Source: Owenia fusiformis (lineage: Eukaryota). From it: DNA of 64,000 nucleotides. The stretch covers positions 31,186,001-31,250,000 of the forward strand of contig CAIIXF020000001.1 of assembly GCA_903813345.2 (NCBI GenBank), read 5' to 3'. The notes below the pieces were generated by a model that searched no databases, was not told the DNA's origin, and saw nothing but the letters and a program-made list of their open reading frames with translations. This document shows, piece by piece, positions 14,301-26,300 of the stretch (the first letter of the stretch is position 1; the number at the start of each line of letters is the position of its first letter). The position numbers and the translations under genes are program-made.

Positions 14301-17300
14301 AATGCACCTGAGATCCAGGCATTAAAGAATCAACTAGCTGAAAAAGATAAACTCATAGAACATTTAGAGGTAGGATATTAGGGTGTTTCACTTTTCCACT
14401 TTTTTCTGATCAAGAAAGAGTTTTGCCCAGTTGGTCCCCTGGTAAAGGAAAGTAAACAAAAAATTTCAGTTGACATTTAGACCTCCCCATATTTTCTTAC
14501 ACTCGTTCACTACCAATTATTAATAAACTGTCTGAAATTGCAGAAAGTGTCATTTTCATCATGTTAGAGACCTATGTTCTATGTATGAAATTTTTTGTGC
14601 TTGCTTTTGTTTACCTGGAGCTCAACTTGGCAAAACTCCATCTTGATCAGAAAAAAGTGGAAAAGTGAAACACCCTATAGGATCTATTTAATCAAGAACA
14701 GAGTAATTCAATAGTATGGTTAATGCCCAATTCCTTGAATAGAATTCAATTAATTTCTTCTTTTTCACAAAACATCATGACATGTTGAATATAGACTAAA
14801 TTCTCATTGAGGACTCTTGGAAAACTCTGGACTGCATTCTACTAGTACGTGAAGGTGTACTGTAACTCTGTCATTGCATGAACAGCATAAGAACTTATGT
14901 ACTTTTATTTAATCATTGCAGAAAGACCATGACAAAGCAAAGGCAGTAAGAGAACAAGAGGAAAAATTAGTTGTCACAGCATGGTATAATTTGGTAAGTA
15001 ACTCCCCTTTTTATCACCATCACCCATGCTATATATTCATCATGATGGTGGCATGATCGTAATTATGAGCATGATGGAAGTGGCATCCCACCTTTGGTCA
15101 TTGTAATTCTTGGAAAACCACGTGTACGGTTCTCTTCAAATGTATACACCTGTTTTAGGGTACCATGTTGCAGAGCTGTAAATCTTTGTTCTGGCAGCCA
15201 TTTTTGAAGTGTTTGGCTAAATCTCATCTTTACATTTTGAAAAATCACTTGTCAGCTTAACTTGAAATTTGGTAAAAAGCGGTAAAAAGGAAAGAAAAAA
15301 AGAGTTATTATTTTGAAATAGCCCATTCTACAATCCAAATGACTGTGTTGTGTAGAATAACAATAAATTAGTAATAATACATGTATTAAGAGAGTTGTAT
15401 GACACATTGATCAGATTTGCATTCAGCAGTAGTGTTCATCCTCACAGTCCATCCATCCATTTGTTTGTTTGGATGATAACTGAAATAACGGTTGACAGAT
15501 TTGATTCAAATTTTATAGGCTTATGCCTTATGGGTGTAAAGTACCTCTGCTCGAGAAGGAATTTAAATAAGGCCACTCAATTCAAAATGGCCACCATTTT
15601 TCATTAAAAAATGTAATCTTTTATAACTCAAATTGCAGTCGGCAGATTTGGTTCAGATTTTATATGCTGATGCCCAGGGACAAAGGCACTTTGCCTAAGA
15701 CAAGGTTTTCAAGATGGCCACTATTATTCGTAAAAAACTTAATCCTGATTTGGTTCAAATTTTATATGCTGATAAGGACAAAAAAACTTTGATCAACAAA
15801 AGATTTTTGAGATGGCCATTGAATTTCAAGATAGCCACCATTTTTCATGAAAAAATGTAATCTTTGATAACTCAAATACTTGTGGACAAATTTCATTCAA
15901 ATTTTATATGCTGATACTTTGAGAAATGATTTCCAAATGGCAGCTGAATTTTGGAATGGTTACCTTTTTCTTACAAAACATAATTTTATATGATGATGCC
16001 TAGGGACAAAGGAGCTCTGCTTGCAAAGAAATTTTCGAGATAACAGCCATTTTTGGAAAAAAAACGTTGATAACTCAAATCCCAGTGGACAGATTTGGTT
16101 CAAATTTGCTTATACATAGGGACAAAAGAGCTCATTTCAAGAGGAAATTTTCAAAATGGCTGCTGTTTATCAAAACATGTTTTGTTTGTTTGGATTTGCT
16201 ACTCTGTTGTTTTCTTGTTGGATTTTTGTCAGATTTGTAGAGGGTACTAAATTGAAGAGCTTATTTTTTTTTTGGGGGGGGGCATCTTGTTTTCTGGGAG
16301 CCATTTTAGAAGTTTTCAATGAAAATGTTTGTAAATAAACATCTGAATATGAACCAGAGTAATACAAATATCACTTGCTTTATGAATTATTCACTCCTGA
16401 GCACTTATCATAAAAATCGAACAATTGGTGGAGAATACCCCTACTTCACTAATCAAAATTTGAACTCAAATTCATGAGAAATGTTTCATGCTTATTTTAG
16501 TATGAAGTTGCATATAAGGAAATACAGGTGAATATATTTTATGGGAAATCTTTCTAGACATTATAAGAGATTATGGAATCTCAAATCACCGATGTCTTGG
16601 AGTATTGAAAAAAGTTGACTTCTATTTTATTTTTTTTTCTGTGACCACTGTATATTTGATGAATGACATTTTTTCATATGCCTGATAAACTTGATAGTAA
16701 CCAATGGTATTGAGATGCTTGGACTACAGGCAGGCACGAGGCAGACTGACTTCATGTTTCACGTGGGTTTCAAAGCATGTGATTTTGTTTAGTTGACTAA
16801 GGCATTGTAAAATTCCTGATTAACTCTCTTTAAGGAAATTTATTTTTAAGGCTCAAAAGATGGGGACGGGAATTTGAAGGTCCATGGAGGCTCTTGGAGA
16901 CGATTTAGAAACACAAAATAACAAATAGAGTTTGAAGGTGTAATTTAATTAAGATAAATAATATATTTGCTTGACAAAATAAATGGAATGTGTATATTAA
17001 GGTCAAGGAAGGAGCTAAGTAATGGGTTAATGAAATGAAGAACTTGAAGGCTAAATGAAGGGGTTGAAGACTATGAAGACTAAATGAGGGGGTTGAAGAC
17101 TATGAATGAAGGTGTTGAAGAATGAATGAGGAGGTTGAAGACTATGAAGACTGAATGAGGGGGTTGAAGACTATGAAGACTGAATGAGGGGGTCGAAGAC
17201 TGAATGAGGGGGTTGAAGACTTTGAAGACTGAATGAGGCAAAACAAGACAAAATGGAATCTGTATATTAAATCGGATCAAATATGGTGAAAATCTTGATA

Positions 17301-20300
17301 ATTCAAGCTAATAGAATAGAATGAGTCCTTCCAACACCTTTCAACACTTTAAAAATGTACAATAAAGAATGGCACCAGATATCAAATGAATCTATATTGT
17401 AAAATTATTGATTACCTTAAATGATGAATTTTCCATGTGGAAATAAAAACGTCCTATCCCGTCGGAAACTGAATGGATACTACACGTGGTTAGGCCACTT
17501 GAGGAACGAAAATAAAATTCACAAGAATACCTTTCCGACGGGTTGTGATGCAAATAAAATGCGCCTAAATTCAAATATACGGCAATAAACAAATAATACA
17601 ATCATAAACTTAACTAGCAATGGATATTTATACAAAAACAATGATTATATATAACGAGACTACACACGAGATTTGACACGAGACTTACAAATGTGAAAAC
17701 AAAAATATTGGAAAGCTTTTGAAATATACAAAATAAAGCATAACACATAAGAACAGAGCAAGGAAAGAAAATCAAAATAACAATTCAGCAGTTCAAATGA
17801 AGGTCTAACAACATATACAAACTTAAATTATAGAAACAAACTGCTGGAATGTTACACTGCCCCCTTTTTGAAATAAATTACGTCTCGTACATAACAAAAA
17901 TTAGCAATCATTTCAACATACAATTATCCATTAACAAAAGTAAAACGAAATAACTCAATACATGTATAGTCACTAACTCGATGATAAATGTTCATACATG
18001 TAATCATACATTCACAATGTCTTCAATCTTGTCACATTGTTTATATTCTGCTGAAATAGTCTGTAATCTTGTTCTTTGTCTTTGTTGGTAGAGTAAGGTC
18101 CAAGGGCTCCTCTTGTTCCACATTAAATACAAAGTCCATTTCCGGCTGACTGCCAATTTCACTCTCCAAGACTTTGTCTAGTTCATAATCACCCTTCTTC
18201 TGGTGTGTTTTCTTCTCTCCTTCATGTATAGACTTCTTTCTATGTTTTATTCTTTGCCCATCTTCAGATCTTTCTTTAGGATGCGATTTCTTGGACTTCT
18301 TGGTTTTCTTCTTCTTCTTCTTCTTCTCTGTGGATGGTTCTTCGGGTCCATTGGAATTGGGGAAAGTGGGAGGCATCTGTATCTGTGATACCTCTATTCT
18401 CCTTATAGGGGATTCATCATTTCCGTTGGGGGAAAGGGGAATAAGAGGGGCATCTTGTTTGTGGTTGGGTTTCATTTCTGGTGACGTGTTATCACATCTT
18501 GCCTTCTTAAATTCAATTTTCCTCGAATCCTTTGAAGTAGGGATTTGTCTTTCTCTGGGCTGTTGCTTTTCCTCATCTGAAGAAGAATCCCATCTAATAG
18601 GTGAAGTAGTGGAGAGGATGACCTTTCTCTTTGGGTTCTTTTTTTGTGAGGGAATGGGATCTTTGGCAGTAATATGGGGAACCTGACTAGTAGTTATAGT
18701 ACAGGGTTTTGGGACAGGGTTAGCTGGGGGAGTACAGTACAGGGGAGTAGAAGAGATGCTGCTTAGATACGCTGAAGGTTTTTTCATGTCTTTAAAATCC
18801 ATCTTTAGTAATTCGGGAATGTTATTTGGGCCACTGTGATACTTTTTCCAATGTTCAGCAATATCTTTCTTAAAATAACTGGGTCTGATATAGGTGCAGC
18901 CTTGGGTGGGACAATGATATTTGGGACCATGCACGTTATACATATGCTTCTGTAGTTGGCGTTTGCTTCTGAAGCTGATGTCTTTCACACATCTGTCACA
19001 CCTATATTGAAGGGGTGGGTGAACTATCTGATAATGATCGGCCAGCAATATGGGGGATTGAAATCTCAAACCACATATCCCGGTCCCCACATGTTCTACA
19101 CACTGGTAGTCAGCCTGGAAAACATAAATGGATCATAAGAGTGGCCATGTGGAAATATGATGGTCAATGTATAATTAGAATATCATTTGATGGAATAACA
19201 TTTAATGGAAAAATAGCAAGTATTGACAAAGATAGAGTAATGAGCAACTCAATTTCATGAGCAACTCACATGATTTTATAATTCAGTCTCATAGTCCTGG
19301 AGCCAACCTGGACGCTTTCGGACACGTTTATTGGGATCTACATGGTCCTTTGGAAGGGGATCAAATTGGGTCACATCTGATGGTTGTTCAATCTCTGGAC
19401 GGGATGTGACTGATGGGGTTTCATGAAACCATGATGGTAGAGTACCAACAAATGGCTTCAATTTGTCTTGGTGGATAGTTTTTACTTTCCCATTTTCCCC
19501 TTGGATTTTCAGAATTAAATCAGACACAATCCGTATCACCTTGAAGGGACCGGTCCAAGGATTCTGAAATTTGGAGCTTGTACCTGGTTTTACCACAGAA
19601 CTATGGAACCACACAGGGTCTCCAATTTCAAAGGTTTTGGTACTTGATTTGACATCATAGCCACGTTTTTGACGATCGCTATTCAGCTTAATATTCTGAC
19701 GAGCCACTTCGTGAGTTTTTTCCATCTGGGATTCCAACTTTTGGCAATATTTGGTATATTTATCAGAACCAGTATCACAAGTTGGGGGAATACCCAAGGC
19801 CAAGTCACATATACACCTTTCCATAAAGTCGGCAAAAAATCGATAAATGGGCGGGGCAACCTGTCAATCATTATAGCAGTGACGTCACTCGCGGACTTTT
19901 TTGGATGATAAAACTCATCTAATTTGGCACTTGACAAGTGATCATTGAGGTACGCACGGGGATAAATCTTGTTAACTATACAAAATGGTGAGTTACATTT
20001 TATACTTATCTTTTCTTTATAATATCAAGGGTCTCACCTGTATTGTTTTATTTCAAAACAATCCATTCAGATCACCTATCAGATGCAAATAAGTCCTGAT
20101 TGATTGAAATTTTCCTCTCCGAGATTTCAGTCTTTCAAAACTGCCATCCAGTCTAAGCTTAGGCTACTGATGATAGAAGTGTACATCAACTACAACTATT
20201 CCTGTTGTATTTTCACTACCTTTCATAAGCAAACAGCATGAAATACTAGCCAATATCTTTGAATGAGAATATTGCACATCTTGTGTTGTATTTAGGTTAG

Positions 20301-23300
20301 AGGTTGTCGTTCAAAGCGGGGTTCAAAGTTCAACTTTAGTTCACCGGCAAGCTGGCTAACAAGTCATGCTGACATACAAGATTTACTGTAATCCCTTTTA
20401 CTTTTCTCAATGTTTATTTTAGCAATTTTAAACTTTTATCGATCTAATTCGAATTCATTTATTGTGGCAGTCAACATTAGGCCTATTAGGATATAAATCT
20501 GTCATATAAAACATCGTTCCACGGATGTTGAAAACAAAGAAATATAAAGCTTTATATCTGTTTTTTAGGATTCTATGAAAGAACAAACGGTATGTGACTG
20601 TGAAAAACTGACCACCTCAGATGTGGATGGGTCCACATTTGATGGGCCCATCAATAAACTGAAGAAGACAGAATGTATTAAGTGGCTGTTGTGCCGAAAT
20701 ATAAAACCTCACCACAAGGATACGTTAGCGTCGCTTCGTGTTAAAGTGCAACAGACCAAGGAAAAACAAACCATCCCAGACTGTGAATTAATAATTAGAG
20801 ACCCCGATCCAAATAATGCTAACCTCAGATCAAAAAAATCCAGATGCCCCAAATGTAAGAACAATATTTTACCTAGTGGACCCAGTGATGGTGAAGATTT
20901 CATTAGTAATTTTCCGACAGTTGGCTATACAGCCAGTTTCCCTAAAACTTTATATGGATTCACGTATGCTGACATAGAAAGTTACGCTAAAAACAGTGGC
21001 AAGGTTATTAAAAAGAGCATGGTAGAGAAACCATTTGAAAAAGGATACAGCTTTTTTCACGAAGGCTACATTCATGACACCGTCTCTGTTAGCAAAAACA
21101 ATGAGCATTTTGTGAAATCAAAATGCTATCAGTCGCAACGTAAAAGTAATTCCCCACATTCATTGAAATGCCACATTATCGATACTGATGTCAAAATGGC
21201 AAGTTGTACTTGCAAAGCAGGCAAATCGGGATATTGTAATCATGTCATTGGACTATTATATTTGATAGACTTCATTGGAGCGCAAAAGTTGACATCATTC
21301 CCAAAAGAAAAGTCGAAAACAGAAAACCCACAACAATGGCATAAGCCAAGGTCATCTGGTATATCAGCGGACGCAATAATGTCTTCTACTGTAATATCTC
21401 CTAAATACGGGAAGGTTTCGAAAGGTATTAAACCAACACTTTATGACCCACGTAGAAATAAGACGACTCTTGATATTGCAATGCTGCACGAGCAGTTAGT
21501 ACAGCACAATAGTATCATTGACTTTACATTATTGACAGGCCACTGCCCTCAAAACACTGGACAGATTACTACTTCTTTGGGCTTTGATGTCCCGCGTGGT
21601 AGTGTATTATCGTATCAAATTCCACAAAGTGATCCGCTTTTCAACATATTTGACACGATTGATTACGACTCTGAACCTGTCCTCATAAGCCCCACTCTTT
21701 TCATTCCATTTCCCTGGAATCCTTTACCTATATATGATGTAACAAATGGTCCATTTGATGAGGATTCCCAGCGTTTTTTAGATAGCTATATACAAATTTC
21801 AGCAAATAATAGTGTAGATCTAGAGATTGATACGAGGAACCAAGCTGAATCACCACTTTGGCATGAGGCCAGAAAGTACAGGATAACAGCAAGTAAGTTT
21901 GGTAGGATATGTAAAAGAAAGACTAATGAACACACTAAATTTATCAAGAATGAATTATTGAATGATCATCAAATTAAACCAACTGAAGCCATGAAGTTTG
22001 GTATTGACCACGAAGCAGTTGCTGTAAATAAGTATGAACAATATAGGAACGATGTGAAAATTGAACAATGTGGTCTTGTAGTGAATCCAGGTATCCCATT
22101 TGTTGGAGCAAGTCCGGATCGTAAAATTCTAGACCAAAATAGAGGATTAGGATTAGTTGAAGTAAAATGTTCATACAAATACAGAGATGTAACTGTCAAA
22201 GAGGCGTGTGATTTAAAAGATGGTACTTTTTGTATGGAGTCCATCAACGGGAAACCTTGTCTGAAAAGAAACCATGACTATTATTTCCAGGTACAAGGAC
22301 AGATGGGATTATGTGGTTCAAGTTTCTGTGATTTTATAGTATATACAAACAAAGGGCTGTGCATTGAACGTATTAACTTTGAACAAGAGTTCTTCCAAAA
22401 TATGCTCTTAAAAATATCTTTATTTTATTTCAAGGATTTTCTACCTTTGGCAATAAAATAAGCGACGCCTACACGTTTGGCATACATGTTATAATGATAA
22501 AATGTAATCAAGAATGTAGTCTGCAGACAGCACTTAAGACTGAAGCTACCATGATATAGTTGATCAGAGTAATAAAGAACATGTTATTGTTATATAATAT
22601 TTATGTGCATTTTTCATCGTTTATATTCATTGATAAAAATCCAACAAACATAAACACGATTTACAGTAGATGTTTTCGGTTTGGGCAAAGGAAAATAAAA
22701 CTAGATGCCGGAGCCATAATAAACGGATCATCATATTCATTGATAAAATATGGTTCAATAAAAATAGCAAGATTTACAGTAGTAGGTTTATGAGTAAGAG
22801 CGAAGACCCCATAAACTCATAGGCTTTGGCTAGGATGAAGATGGCTTTGGGATGATCAATAAACATGCATACAACTGTCAAATTGTAGATAGTATTTGAG
22901 CTTATTATGAATCACAGCTTTTAATAATACTTGTAAAAACGTACGACAACTAGACAAAATGGAATTGTATTTCAAAATATTACAATAAACATTGCACAAT
23001 CTCTGCAGGATATTCGGATCTGTTATAAGGGGTCTTATGAGCAAAGGCAAAATGGCTTAACATTTTTGAGAATTGCCGGTATATATGGACATATAAATGA
23101 GAACTCTGTTTGAATATTTAGTTGGAATATACCTATTAAATGACATTGGTACATGGGAGTTTGATTATTCATAGAATATAATGATAACTTAACATGATCA
23201 GCAGAATATAAGTGACACTGAAACCGGCACTGAAAAGGTAAGTCTGTCACGTACTTTCAGATTTTGATTTTCCCGCTGTTCTATGCAGGACAAGACTCCG

Positions 23301-26300
23301 CGAGTGACGTCACTGCTGTATTCAGCGGCCTTATGAATATTCATGACGTGACTTTATGGAAAGGTGTATAAGTCTAGGTTCTCGACCGAACATGAGTTGG
23401 GAAGGAGAGAAGCCAGTAGTGTCATGTCGAGCACTTCTGTAGGCTGAAGAAATGAAAGGGAGAAAATCATCCCAGTCCCTATGACAAGGGGACACTATTT
23501 TTGCCAACATGCTTTCTATTGTACGATTAGATCTCTCCACCATGCCATCACTCTGAGGCCTATAGGGAGTCGTACGAGTCTTACATGATTTAAGCATGTC
23601 ACAGAGTTCCCTAAAGAGGTTTGCTTCGAACTGGCGTCCCTGATCAGTATGAATAATCAAAGGAGACCCGTACCGACAAACAAATTCCCTAATAAAAAGG
23701 TTTGCAATCGTTGACGCTTCCTGGTCAGGCATTGCCAATGCTTCGACAAACTTCGAAAAATAGTCCTCAATAAGGAGGACATATTTATTTCCTCGATACG
23801 ACTCTGGCAGGGGACCTAAGATATCCATTGCTACTCTCTCGAGTGGGCCTCCAACATTGTACTGTTGCATTTCAGCTTTTGCCCTTTTGGCAGGGGGTTT
23901 TCTCCTCTGACATACTAGACAACTAGACACATGTCTGGCAACATCAGCTTTATAGCCAACCCAATAGAACCTTTGTTTGACACGTTCCAAAGTTTTGCCT
24001 ATGCCTAAATGGCCACAATCAATAGCATCGTGTACAGATGACAGAACAGTTGATCTTAACGATCCAGGTACTACAACTTGCCACCATGACTTTATTTCAC
24101 CCATGTATTCTCTCTGCAACAAGTTGTCCGCAATACGGAACAAACCAAATTGAGACCAATACAATTTCAAATGGGGTGAATTTGGGGCCACTTCTTCCCA
24201 AGATGGTCTATCATTCTCCGCCACCCATTTATAGACAACTTTCAGGATAGGGTCTTCCTCAATGGCCGACAAGTAAGCCTCTGGACTCAATGTTTCACAC
24301 CAGTTAGACTTTGGTGTTATAACATTCACTGTGGCAGTAGGAGTGAAACTCATTTCAACAACAATAGTATTTGCCGGGGTAGTATCAATGTCGGATAGCT
24401 CTATTGGATGCAATCGCTCCTGTCGTTCGCAGTGATCACACTCATTACAGGGGCGCCTTGATAAAGCATCAGCATTCTTATGCTGCACGCCTGGACGATG
24501 CAAGATCGTCATATTGTACGTACCAAGGGTTTCTAGCCAGCGGGCTAGTTGTCCTTCTGGGTTTTTAAACCTCAGAAGCCATGGTCTGTACGGACTGTGA
24601 AGGTTCTACCATAGAGATAATGATGGAAGTTTCGAACAGACCGAACGATTGCAAGGAGCTCTCTTCGAGTCACACAGTAGTTTCGTTCGCTTCGACTAAG
24701 GGATTGTGTGAAATAAGCAATAGGGCGTTCTTGTTCATTCTGAATCTGACTTAAGGCACTACCTATGCCACAATGGCTAGCGTCTGTATCCAGTATGAAG
24801 GGAAGTGCCATATCTGGGAAGGCAAGGATTGGAACAGACAGAAATTTAGTTTTTAAACTGTCCATAGCTGTTTGACATTCAATTGTCCATTCGAATCTCT
24901 TGTATTTTTCTGTCAGTTCGTTCAAAGGTCTAACTAGGGTCGAAAAGTTGGAAACGAAGCGTCTGTGATACGAACAAAACCCCAAGAAGGCCCTAACATC
25001 ACGCACCCTTCTTGGTATCGACCAATTTTGTATAACTTCTATTTTCTTTGGATCCACAGATATGCCCTGTTCTGAGACGACATGCCCCAAATAGGCTACC
25101 TTACGTTTAAAAAGGTGACATTTCTTTGGGCTCAACTTCAGGCCAGCCTTTACCAGTCGATCAAAAACTACTGATAAACGTTCCAATTGTTGACTAAAGG
25201 TGGCGCTGAACACGATTATGTCATCTAGATAAACTAGGGCTTGCTCGGGAGTGATACCCGAGAGGACTATCTCCATTAGGCGTTCAAAGGTTGCGGGCGC
25301 ATTAGTTAACCCAAAGGGCATAACCAGAAATTCATATAGCCCTCTCTCAGTAGTGAACGCAGTCTTCGGGATACTGCTGGACTCCATGGCACATTGCCAA
25401 TATCCCGAAGCCAAATCGAGGGTGGAAAACCAGACTGATCCCGAAAGAGAGTCTAATGTGGAGTCAATTCTAGGGAGTGGGAAACTGTCTCTAACAGTGA
25501 TGTTATTGAGTTGCCTGTAGTCTATACAGTACCGCAAAGATCCGTCTTTTTTCTTAACCATTACAACGGGTGATGCCCAGGGAGAGGAAGAAGGTCGAAT
25601 AATGCCAATATCCAGCATATCCTGGAGAATTCTGGCTTCTTCAGGGCGTTTCGAATAAGGGACCCTGCGAGGTCGCTGCTTAATCGGACGGACATCACCT
25701 GTATCTATGGAATGTTTTGTAACATTTGTTTTCCCTAAATCCAATTTGGACTTGGCAAAGACATGTTGATACTGCAAGATAAACTCCCTGAGTTTTCTTT
25801 TCTCGTCTGCAGTAAGTTCATCATGTCCCTCTATAAGGATTTGAAGATGATCAGGGATAACAAAAGTTTTTTCGGTGGAATCATTGTTACAATCTGGGTT
25901 TATCTTCTGGCTCAGTCCATGTACCATTATTCCATCTCCATCTCCATTTGGGGAGGATGTTAAAAGTGACTCATCTAGACTCTCAGCTAGAGCAGCCACG
26001 GCATTTGGATAAAATGTTTGTACCTCATTACCAATATTGGCCAATTGTAATGGGACAACAGAATCACAGGGAGAGACAATACTGCGCGCTAGTATTATCC
26101 CCTCTGTATCAAAGAGGCATGATGAAGGTTCTACAATGAGCTCTTTGATTTCTTCTGGACAATTTATCCGGGCAGGGACAATAGTCATGCTAAAGGGGGG
26201 AACAGTGACTTTTTCACTAAGGGTCAGCCTATATACACAGTTGGTAAATGACATAGAAGTCTTAGACACACAGTCGAAATCGATGCCATTTAAGGTCACT

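Noticed and set aside
17080..17601. Small ORFs inside the LTRs (also 29032-29553)
   Set aside because: Non-ATG starts, repeat-derived composition, and no recognisable domain.
18203..18686. + strand hydrophobic ORFs (131 aa and 61 aa)
   Set aside because: Antisense shadows of the Lys/Glu-rich ORF3.
18041..19114. ORF3 as a retroviral envelope gene
   Set aside because: No signal peptide, fusion peptide or TM anchor; it is hydrophilic with C2H2 fingers and an NLS.
19809..19814. Alternative TSD readings for the nested transposon (TA, TATA or none)
   Set aside because: A TA TSD would not restore the integrase frame. TATA or no TSD are formally possible, but AT fits the ISL2EU assignment best.
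20575..22461. YqaJ recombinase as a sign of phage or bacterial contamination
   Set aside because: It is bounded by TIRs and a TSD, fused to a SWIM finger and probably intron-containing, as in eukaryotic ISL2EU-type transposons.
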